DNA of 22,673 bases from a virus, in the IMG/VR virus record IMGVR_UViG_646564555_000004; one strand, given 5' to 3'. The notes under the pieces are model-generated. The model was not told the DNA's origin. It saw only the letters and a list, made by a program, of their open reading frames with translations, and did not search any database. The translations under genes and the position numbers were made by a program. This document shows positions 1 to 7,181 of this stretch, piece by piece. The first letter of the stretch is position 1. Each line of letters starts with the position of its first letter.

Positions 1-897
1 TCAGCCATGGTGGACGTCCTTATTCTCATTGTAGTTTTCTATGATGTCCTTGTGTGTGAACGGGATGTCAGAAATCCATGCATCATCTATGTAACCATCT
101 GTAGATGAATCTGCATCGTTGCCCCACGATAGACTCCCGCCATCAGTTTCGTCTGGTAGGTCGTGTTCGTAATCCTCGGCAAGGACTTCTTTGGCGTCCA
201 CATACATCCTGATCGTGTTACTGTCTAACACCACAGCTATGTGATACCACTCGCCCTCTTCGAGTTCCAAACCGTCCGTCGAAGCTAACCCTCCAACATT
301 GTCGGCTGCCCGGAAGGATAAATCGCCATCGTTGTCTACCCGGAAATATATACTCTGCTCGTCATCTTCCCGGAAGCCAAATATTGGAGATGCGCTCCCG
401 AAGTCTATGTCATCAATATTGAACCACGCGCCCAGCGAAAACGACTGGTCTCGCATCAAATCGATAATAGGGTCAGTGAGAGTTTCGGGGAGATTCACCC
501 GATCGAAGCCACCGGTTAAGCGGATGTGATGGCCGCCGATACCGCCAGACCTCCACTCGTCATATGCATATGACGCATCATAATCATTCACGCTGTCAGC
601 GACCGTCTCACCTGATCCCTCTGACATCGGCCACCGACCGACGAACCCCTTATGCCGGGGCCGGGCGAGTGCGTTCGCTACCGGAGTCGCGACATGCCAT
701 TCGTCGCCGGACGATTCGTGGTATGATGGGACAATAATATAGTTCCCATCCCGTTCGGTTTCGAGCGTATAACTACCACTTCCGTCAGTTTCTGTCCGAT
801 CCTCGATTGTGCGCGTCGATTCGTTGATGAGATAGACGGTTACCCCATCCTGTGCGTTACCAGCGAGTTCGACCGTTCCAGAAATGGTCTCTGTCAT
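1..897 (-). CDS. Tail-associated adhesin: N-terminal Ig-like beta-sandwich plus LamG/concanavalin A-like lectin domain (298 aa)
   Basis: LamG-like motifs FSLGAWFN, GEWYHIAVV, IRMYVD, LSWG and DGYIDDAWISD. Located distal to the tail-tip genes. Stop TGA at 1-3. A further ATG at 9-7 overlaps its end and runs out of the window. Confidence 0.8.
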   Translation of the reverse strand: MTETISGTVELAGNAQDGVTVYLINESTRTIEDRTETDGSGSYTLETERDGNYIIVPSYHESSGDEWHVATPVANALARPRHKGFVGRWPMSEGSGETVADSVNDYDASYAYDEWRSGGIGGHHIRLTGGFDRVNLPETLTDPIIDLMRDQSFSLGAWFNIDDIDFGSASPIFGFREDDEQSIYFRVDNDGDLSFRAADNVGGLASTDGLELEEGEWYHIAVVLDSNTIRMYVDAKEVLAEDYEHDLPDETDGGSLSWGNDADSSTDGYIDDAWISDIPFTHKDIIENYNENKDVHHG

Positions 898-899
898 GA

Positions 900-2048
900 T
901 TACTTTCTCACCTGTGATCGACTGATCAGCCCCTTGGCCGCCTGCGGATCGACGAGCGCCTCCGCCGCGATCGCCCCGAGCATCTCCTCCACGTCCTCCG
1001 GGATCGGCCCCGTCTCGCCACTCGGGATATCGAACAACACACCGTCTGCTCCACGCGAGAGGATCGCGTCCAGTGCGAACAGATCACCGTCGACATCGAA
1101 CGTCAGCTGCGCTTTGTCGCGGATCATCGCCACCTCCTGGAGGTCGACATCCCAGAGCTCGACATCGGCGGGCTGGTCGAGGCCGACGTCGCTCCAGGAC
1201 TCGTCACTCGAGTCCCACTCCTCGGCTTCAATTGTTCCCTCGGTCTCGTCGAGGCGCAGCCGGACAAGGCCGTTGTCCATCACAATCTCGTCGTCGAAGT
1301 CGTGCTGCGTCGAGAAGAGTGACTGCCAGAGTCGAACCCGTCCGTCGTCGTTCTTGAGGTACTTCTCTGACTCACCGCGAGTGTCGTACGCAGCGCAGTC
1401 GACCGGTGCCTCGTCGGCGTAGTCGATTTCGTAGACGAGCGTCGGATCCTCCACGCCGACCGCGTCTTTACCGTCGGCGAGATCGTAGGTGTCGACGTCG
1501 CCGAACTCCGACTCGCGCGTCTCGATCGGTTCTGCAGGTGCTCGGTGCTGTGTCTCGCCGTCGAACCACTGGACTTTGCGCGCCGCTGCGGGGACGCCGA
1601 CCAGCGCGTCCGTCTCGTTGCCGAACTCGTGGTCGGCCTGACGTGTGTTCGGCTCGACGGCACGGTAGCTGTTCTGCTGTGTTCCCTTGCGCGTGAGTTC
1701 GAGATCCCAGACGTAGATGTCGTGGGCGTTTGCGTGGGCGGGCGGCACCGACGCTGACTCGATCTCGTAGTACCCCGCGTCGGGGTAGCGTCCATCCTCT
1801 TGGAACAGTGGCAGGGCCTCGATCGAAGAGTTCGTGAGTTCGCGCAGTTCCTCGGCGTGGAGTTGGGAATGCCAACTACCAGCGCGGAACTGGCCGTCGA
1901 GCGAGAGGTCTGGCGCAGCACTCGAGAGCTGATCGACGACGGCTTCGTCGCCTTCGAGGACGCCGGCCTGGGCGAGTTGTGATTCGAGGCTGCCCGATTC
2001 ACCAGTCTGACTGGCTTCTTCGATGGGGATTTTGTACAAGTACTTCAT
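900..2048 (-). CDS. Putative tail-tip/baseplate protein (382 aa)
   Basis: Long acidic ORF with haloarchaeal codon usage, coupled to its neighbours. Function inferred from position only. Confidence 0.6.
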   Translation of the reverse strand: MKYLYKIPIEEASQTGESGSLESQLAQAGVLEGDEAVVDQLSSAAPDLSLDGQFRAGSWHSQLHAEELRELTNSSIEALPLFQEDGRYPDAGYYEIESASVPPAHANAHDIYVWDLELTRKGTQQNSYRAVEPNTRQADHEFGNETDALVGVPAAARKVQWFDGETQHRAPAEPIETRESEFGDVDTYDLADGKDAVGVEDPTLVYEIDYADEAPVDCAAYDTRGESEKYLKNDDGRVRLWQSLFSTQHDFDDEIVMDNGLVRLRLDETEGTIEAEEWDSSDESWSDVGLDQPADVELWDVDLQEVAMIRDKAQLTFDVDGDLFALDAILSRGADGVLFDIPSGETGPIPEDVEEMLGAIAAEALVDPQAAKGLISRSQVRK

Positions 2049-2057
2049 AACAAAAGC

Positions 2058-2720
2058 TCACCAGTCGGGGGTGTACTCGCCGAGTTCGGCGACCACTTCG
2101 TCGACGGCGTCCTGGACGTCGTCGAGTGCGTCGTCGACGTTCGGGACCGTCGCCGTTCGGACTAGCGTCAGCGTGATGCTGATCTCCGCGTGATCCTCTT
2201 TCGAAATTACGTGACTCTGGACCGCGACCGTGATCGGCTCACTGAACGGGCCTGCGGAGTCCGAGTACGTGCCGTCAGTGTGGCCGCGGATGTGGAGTTG
2301 GGTCTGGCCACCACTGTCGCTGCGTGTCTCGTTGAGCCAGTGGCGGAGGACATCGACCTGTGCGTCGAGGTCGCCGGGCACAGCGTCGTACTGCGTTGAC
2401 TCGTCACTCTCCGCGGAGCCGTCGCCCCATTGCGTCGACTCCTCGGCACCACGGGTCGCGCTGATTGTAATCTGGTCAGTACCTGCCCCACCATCGATGT
2501 GGTACCCTTCGCGTCGGCCGAAATCACCACTCGAGATGGGATCGGTCAGGGCGTCTGGTGCGATGTCGAACGCCTCGGTGACGTACTGACCACGCTCGGA
2601 GAGCACGTACGAGCGGTCGAGTTCGTCGGTCGTCTCAAGATCGGTCTGCAGAACGAACACACCCATCTCGTCGGTGCCGCTAATTGGATCGATTTCGAGG
2701 ACAATTCGGTCAGAAAGCAT
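2058..2720 (-). CDS. Putative distal tail protein (220 aa)
   Basis: Acidic ORF preceded by SD GAGGTGA (2727-2733, minus strand). First tail gene after the tape-measure candidate and the rhomboid insertion. Function inferred from position only. Confidence 0.55.
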   Translation of the reverse strand: MLSDRIVLEIDPISGTDEMGVFVLQTDLETTDELDRSYVLSERGQYVTEAFDIAPDALTDPISSGDFGRREGYHIDGGAGTDQITISATRGAEESTQWGDGSAESDESTQYDAVPGDLDAQVDVLRHWLNETRSDSGGQTQLHIRGHTDGTYSDSAGPFSEPITVAVQSHVISKEDHAEISITLTLVRTATVPNVDDALDDVQDAVDEVVAELGEYTPDW

Positions 2721-2726
2721 GAACAG

Positions 2727-2733
2727 TCACCTC
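2727..2733 (-). promoter_or_regulatory. Shine-Dalgarno site GAGGTGA for the 2058..2720 gene
   Basis: Reverse complement of tcacctc, 6 nt upstream of the ATG at 2720. Confidence 0.7.
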
Positions 2734-2752
2734 GGGCTGATTGTCAGACTTG

Positions 2753-2766
2753 CCAAACGATTTAGG
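2753..2766 (+). promoter_or_regulatory. Possible BRE/TATA-like promoter for a leaderless rhomboid transcript
   Basis: CCAAACGA followed by TTTAGG, with the TTTA element 30-25 nt upstream of the ATG at 2791, the spacing expected for leaderless haloarchaeal mRNAs. The match to the TATA consensus is imperfect. Confidence 0.35.
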
Positions 2767-2790
2767 CGTTCGTGGACCGATAGAACGAGT

Positions 2791-3441
2791 ATGGGCCACC
2801 AGACGACGCCAGAGCCGGCACCCCTTGCTGAGACCGAGACTGGCGGCGAGAAGTCGGAGGAGACGTGGGGCGAGGCGCTTGGCCGCAACCCGGTCGTGCA
2901 AACGCTTGCGATTATGATGGCAGTCTCTATCCTGGGGTGGAGTGCGACCGGTGGTCAGGGCATCCCCGACGACTTCGCGGTCGCGATGCCTGTCTTCGAT
3001 CCCTGGTGGTCGCTCATCACCGCGACGTACGGGCACCTGGACACCGCACACCTCATTTCCAACGCGACGATGGTCGCCGTTGCCGGCGGCCTGATCTCGC
3101 TGTACTCGTCCGCGATCCGCTTCCACTTGTTCTTTCTCACGACCGGCGTTCTCTCGTCGATCAGTCAGGTCTACATCGCCGACGCCTTCGGGACATCGCT
3201 CGCCGTGATCGGTGCGAGCGGGAGTGCGTTCGCCCTGGGTGGCTACATCATCGGGTCGGTCTCCACCGCCGGCGACTCCGAGAAGAGCGGCTCGTTCGGC
3301 CCGGTTGCCGTCCTCGTGTTGCTCGCTGCTGGCGGTGTAACGATCTGGATGTCGCCGCCCGGAACGGCGTTCGGATCCCACTTCGTCGGCGTGTTGCTCG
3401 GCCTGATTGCCGGCCGACTCCATCTCCTGCGGACTCGCTGA
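2791..3441 (+). CDS. Rhomboid family intramembrane serine protease (216 aa, start at MGHQ)
   Basis: Six hydrophobic segments. Loop-1/TM2 motif PWWSLITATYGHLDTAHLISN (HxxxxHxxxN), catalytic GASG serine motif and catalytic His in SHFVGVLLG. The ORF-track start at 2674 overlaps the opposite gene, so the ATG at 2791 is preferred. Confidence 0.92.
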   Translation: MGHQTTPEPAPLAETETGGEKSEETWGEALGRNPVVQTLAIMMAVSILGWSATGGQGIPDDFAVAMPVFDPWWSLITATYGHLDTAHLISNATMVAVAGGLISLYSSAIRFHLFFLTTGVLSSISQVYIADAFGTSLAVIGASGSAFALGGYIIGSVSTAGDSEKSGSFGPVAVLVLLAAGGVTIWMSPPGTAFGSHFVGVLLGLIAGRLHLLRTR

Positions 3442-3446
3442 CTCAG

Positions 3447-4664
3447 TCATCGGAACGCCCTCTCGAGATCGTCGACTCGCCCTTCCAAGTCACTCAGTTC
3501 GTCCTCGAGTTCGTCGTACGCACCGTCCAGTTCACGTTCGAGGTCGCTGACGGCGTCGGCAACGTCTCGGATGTCGTCGACGATGATCTCGGTGTCGAAC
3601 GTCTGCGTGACGCTGATCTGCTCGATTGCAACGCCACTACCGGCCGATCCTGACGCGGGTGCCCCTGCCGCGTCAGTGCTTGCCTCTCCCGCAGCTGTTC
3701 GGCTGCCCGAGCCCGATGATCGGAATGGTGATACTCTCTCAGCAACGGAGTCGGAGAACTCCTCTGCCTTCCTGGCCTGTTCTGCAGACCACTCATCAAT
3801 TTCGGGTGCGCCAATGTGCTCAAAAACCGGCAGCGGATCTAAGTCGTCGTCGCCCCCGTCCAAGTCGACGGCGTCCGGATCCGACATTGTGTCCGGAACG
3901 CGTGTCTCTGGACCAGGTTCTCGTTGCCTCGTCTCGGTCGTGATTGAGATTGTCGGCGGATCCTCGATCTCGAGTGGAGGGACGTCTTCGACGGGTAACG
4001 GCTCGACCTCCTCGAGTGGGTACGGTTCCTCGGGGTGGTCGACATCGAACACGAGGTCCTCGACGTGTTCGGTTTGGACGCCGAGTTCGAAGTCGTCGAT
4101 CCGCTCTGTGTCGACGGCGATCTCGAACTGCTCGAGTTCCTCCGTGTCCACGTCGACGCCGATGTCGTCGATCTCCTCACCCGAGACTGCGACCTCGACC
4201 GCGCCGATCTCGTCTGCAGCGACGTCAACGGCGAGATCGTCCGCGTCGACCGTGATGTCGTCGCCGGCGATCGCGTTCCCAACTGCAGAGCCGACCGCCG
4301 AGCCGATCCCGGCACCGATGCCACTCGCAGCGCCGCCAGCGAGGCCACCAGCACCACCGAGGAGGTCGCCGAAGAGACCACCGCCGCCAGAGTCGCCGTC
4401 GATGTCACCGTCCCACCCTTCGAGAATCTCGAGGATGTCTTCCAGGTTGGCGTGGTTATCGCGACTCCATCGGTGCTCACGTCGGGCACGCCGCTGTGCG
4501 CGACCGCCACCCCCGGTTTGGGCAGACATCGTCCCGCCGTCAGTCATGCCGATCTCAGTCGATCCGATCTCGGACTCGATTTGCTGACGAGCATTTCGGA
4601 GTTCGCTGTCCGGGATGTCTATATCGACACGAGCAGTTGTGCCGAACTCGTTCCCGTCAGTCAT
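3447..4664 (-). CDS. Tape measure protein candidate, unusually short (405 aa)
   Basis: Directly follows the frameshifting tail chaperone, with an ATGA overlap at 4661-4664. Contains a Gly/Ala-rich hydrophobic stretch, internal repeats and a C-terminal coiled coil. Confidence 0.65.
   Translation of the reverse strand: MTDGNEFGTTARVDIDIPDSELRNARQQIESEIGSTEIGMTDGGTMSAQTGGGGRAQRRARREHRWSRDNHANLEDILEILEGWDGDIDGDSGGGGLFGDLLGGAGGLAGGAASGIGAGIGSAVGSAVGNAIAGDDITVDADDLAVDVAADEIGAVEVAVSGEEIDDIGVDVDTEELEQFEIAVDTERIDDFELGVQTEHVEDLVFDVDHPEEPYPLEEVEPLPVEDVPPLEIEDPPTISITTETRQREPGPETRVPDTMSDPDAVDLDGGDDDLDPLPVFEHIGAPEIDEWSAEQARKAEEFSDSVAERVSPFRSSGSGSRTAAGEASTDAAGAPASGSAGSGVAIEQISVTQTFDTEIIVDDIRDVADAVSDLERELDGAYDELEDELSDLEGRVDDLERAFR
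4050..4229 (-). repeat. Five tandem 12-aa repeats in the tape measure candidate
   Basis: VDVAADEIGAVE / VAVSGEEIDDIG / VDVDTEELEQFE / IAVDTERIDDFE / LGVQTEHVEDLV (aa 146-205). Confidence 0.7.
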
Positions 4665-5241
4665 GGATAGCCTCGGTCTTCGGCGCGGTTAGCAAGTAAC
4701 ACGAGGTAGTCGACCGGCGTCTGCAGAATATCCGGGTAGCTCATTCCATGGGCGAGGGCGACGACGATGAGTTCGTCGAACCGCTCTCGCCCTCGCTCCT
4801 GTTTCCCGAGACGCCAGGCACGCCGAGCGCGTTGGCCTTCGCCTCAGCCCAGTCAACAAACGCAGGGTGACACTGTCCGACGTCGGTGAACGTCTCCGAA
4901 AGGCCACCGCTGTGGTACGGTGCCGCCGCCGTGCTCGCTGCGACGAACCAGTTGCGCCGTTCCTTCTTCTCGACGTTTGACGGCATCTCGCGGTGCATGA
5001 GCGCTTCCTCGGCGGCAGTCATCGCACCGAGTTCGATCTCGGCGTCGGGTGACCAGCCTTCTTCATCGCGCTGCCACTCGAGTCCATCCTTGTAGTAACG
5101 CAACCGATTGCGTCGGCCCTGCGTGTATGTGTACTCGTCCGTACCGCTGTCGAGTTCAGTGAGAGCGGCTTCGAGGGCGTCGATCTGATCGGTCAGTTCG
5201 TCGATTGCCTCATCGAGCGTGTACGCCTCGGTCGTGAGCAT
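4661..5241 (-). CDS. Tail assembly chaperone -1 frameshift product (GT-like, about 193 aa)
   Basis: After G GGA AAC the -1 frame is open for 46 codons (QERGRERFDELIVVALAHGMSYPDILQTPVDYLVLLANRAEDRGYP). It stops at TGA 4661-4663, overlapping the tape-measure ATG. Confidence 0.8.
4741..5241 (-). CDS. Tail assembly chaperone (G-like, 166 aa)
   Basis: Lies between tail tube and tape measure, has a TGATG overlap with the tube gene, and carries a slippery heptamer near its 3' end. Confidence 0.8.
   Translation of the reverse strand: MLTTEAYTLDEAIDELTDQIDALEAALTELDSGTDEYTYTQGRRNRLRYYKDGLEWQRDEEGWSPDAEIELGAMTAAEEALMHREMPSNVEKKERRNWFVAASTAAAPYHSGGLSETFTDVGQCHPAFVDWAEAKANALGVPGVSGNRSEGESGSTNSSSSPSPME
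4801..4807 (-). promoter_or_regulatory. -1 programmed ribosomal frameshift slippery site G GGA AAC
   Basis: An X XXY YYZ heptamer in the correct codon register (TCG GGA AAC = Ser-Gly-Asn), followed by a 10-bp inverted repeat. Confidence 0.85.
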
Positions 5242-6134
5242 CAGGCGACCACCTCAACGTCTGCGACGTGGTAGTCGATCGGTTCGCTCAGGTCCTCGTC
5301 GGGGTTGACAAGGTTGCTCCAGTCGTAGCTGGTCGGTTGCATCCCTACGAGTTCGTAGCCGATCGTCTCACCCTGCCCGTTCTCGAACGTGAGTGTCCCG
5401 TCGACCTTGTCGACCGACTCCAGGTCGACACCGTCGCCGACGGCCATCTCGAGTTGGTCGGTCTCGGTCACGGTTGCGTCGCTCGCGAACGCCGGCTCGA
5501 TTGCCGAGGCGACCGCGTCGAAGGGGTGCCGGGACTGACCGCGACGGAACCGTGCGAGGTTCGACAGCGATAGCGTCGCCGTCTGCATGAGTGTCTGCGC
5601 GGCGCCGTCGACATCGAGTTCAGTGCCGTGCCACGTGTACTCGTCGTCGCAACTCGGCTTCTCGATCGACTCTGGCGTCGAGACATCGTCCGGCTCGAAG
5701 CCATACGCCAACGTCAGATCGACCGTGATGTCCTCGGCGCGCTGGTAGCTGACCGATGCGTCCAGAACGATCGTCCCGGTCGGAGTTCGAGATGCATCCT
5801 CGTCGAGCAGGTCGGCACCGAAGTGCCACGCGCTCGACGGCGCTCGCATCGGTTCGTTCGGGAGCGCGGTGCCATCGTCGGCGAAGATTAGGTCGTGGAA
5901 GTTGTCGTCGGTCATCGTGAACGAGACGCTCGCTGCGCCCTCGAAGTCACCCGCGCGTGATCCGCATGGCGTGGGGTCGTCGGGGTGGCGCGATCGCTGG
6001 AGCGCCTGCTCGACCGTCAGGTTGCCGACTGTGATGTTCGTCCCTGGCTGGATCCACGTTGGGTCGGCCGCCGGACCGTCGCCATACTCCGACTCGACCG
6101 TGTAGGCCACGGTTGCCGCGCCGGCGCCGGTCAT
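5241..6134 (-). CDS. Major tail tube protein (297 aa)
   Basis: Size, beta-rich composition, N-terminal VAYTVESEYG pattern, SD GGAGGT, and position between terminator and chaperone. Confidence 0.8.
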   Translation of the reverse strand: MTGAGAATVAYTVESEYGDGPAADPTWIQPGTNITVGNLTVEQALQRSRHPDDPTPCGSRAGDFEGAASVSFTMTDDNFHDLIFADDGTALPNEPMRAPSSAWHFGADLLDEDASRTPTGTIVLDASVSYQRAEDITVDLTLAYGFEPDDVSTPESIEKPSCDDEYTWHGTELDVDGAAQTLMQTATLSLSNLARFRRGQSRHPFDAVASAIEPAFASDATVTETDQLEMAVGDGVDLESVDKVDGTLTFENGQGETIGYELVGMQPTSYDWSNLVNPDEDLSEPIDYHVADVEVVA

Positions 6135-6165
6135 ACTGTACCTCCGTCAGTCTGGATGTTCAGTT

Positions 6166-6726
6166 TCATAACTCTGGTAGTTTCTCGCAACCTCTGAGTG
6201 TGCAGTCGAACTGGTAGCGATAGAAGTCACGATACTCCGCCGACTGCGGATCGTCGTTCGTGACCAACAGGTCGTGATACGTGGTGTATGGGATGTCCGT
6301 CTCGGGATACGACCGCATTCCAAGCAGCGTCCGGCGGATCTGCCGAACGAGGTCATCGAATGGGATCCCGTTCTCACCGTCCGGATCGACATGGCCATAG
6401 TGGCCACCTTGAGAGGTCATACCCTCAACCGTGACCGCAACGACGGTCTCGATCCCGTGATCGTACTCGGTTCCCCGCGGACTTGTGGCCCGATCTGCCA
6501 GCGTTGCGCCGACGTAGACGCCCTTCTCGAGGCTGTCCGTCCGCTTGTGCATCGGCTCGTTGAGGTCGAGGTCTCCAGAGCCGTCGTACACGCTGCTGTC
6601 GTCACGGTTCACTCGCTTAACAGCGACCGGGTTGTCGTTCCGGTTCGTGTAGGAGTTCGCGATGTCGTCGACGACGCTGCCGAGCTGGTCGAGAACCCAG
6701 TTGACCTCGGTCATGATTCGAGCCAC
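6166..6726 (-). CDS. Putative tail terminator/completion protein (186 aa)
   Basis: Immediately upstream of the tail tube gene. Acidic, with a typical size. Confidence 0.6.
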   Translation of the reverse strand: MARIMTEVNWVLDQLGSVVDDIANSYTNRNDNPVAVKRVNRDDSSVYDGSGDLDLNEPMHKRTDSLEKGVYVGATLADRATSPRGTEYDHGIETVVAVTVEGMTSQGGHYGHVDPDGENGIPFDDLVRQIRRTLLGMRSYPETDIPYTTYHDLLVTNDDPQSAEYRDFYRYQFDCTLRGCEKLPEL

Positions 6727-7181
6727 CTCCGGACGTAGTTCAGCGAGTCACGGATGAACCTGCTCTCAGGCAGTCCGTCGACGTTGGTCTCTGGGAGGAA
6801 CACTCGCCAGCCGTCACCCTCGCGATCGAACTCCTCACGAACCCACTGCGGTGGGTCGTGACGTTCCTCCCAGACGAACGAGAGGACATCCGCGTTCCGC
6901 GTTTGGACGACGTGGTCGGCTGTCCCCCTCTCGAAGTAGATCGACGGCTCTGGCCACCCCCAGCGGACGACAACGCGACCCTCACGCCTTTCGACTCGGG
7001 TCTGTCCTGCCTCGATCAACGTCGAGACGTTGTACTCGTGGCGCTGGCCGTACTGCTCGAGGACGTCGTGGGCATACTCCTGGACTTCCGGCGCGATCTC
7101 CTCGCGGGCCCGCTGCTCGACGTCGTCCAGGAGCGCCTCGCGAAGGTCGGCTTCGAAGCTGTTCTCGAGCTCGAAAGTCAT
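6711..7181 (-). CDS. Neck protein, HK97 gp10-like (156 aa)
   Basis: Motifs IYFERGTADH and GLPESRFIRDS resemble the YxExGT...PFxRPA pattern of this family. Located in the head-tail joining region. Confidence 0.65.
   Translation of the reverse strand: MTFELENSFEADLREALLDDVEQRAREEIAPEVQEYAHDVLEQYGQRHEYNVSTLIEAGQTRVERREGRVVVRWGWPEPSIYFERGTADHVVQTRNADVLSFVWEERHDPPQWVREEFDREGDGWRVFLPETNVDGLPESRFIRDSLNYVRRWLES

Noticed and set aside
2674-2790. 5' extension of the rhomboid ORF, and likewise the longer ORF-track starts at 8380, 15776, 15885, 16781 and 17857
   Set aside because: Most overlap neighbouring genes or regulatory DNA. The downstream ATGs fit coupling patterns or SD sites better.
3571-4587. 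338-aa plus-strand ORF
   Set aside because: Ser-rich shadow of the acidic tape-measure gene, with no motifs or expression signals.
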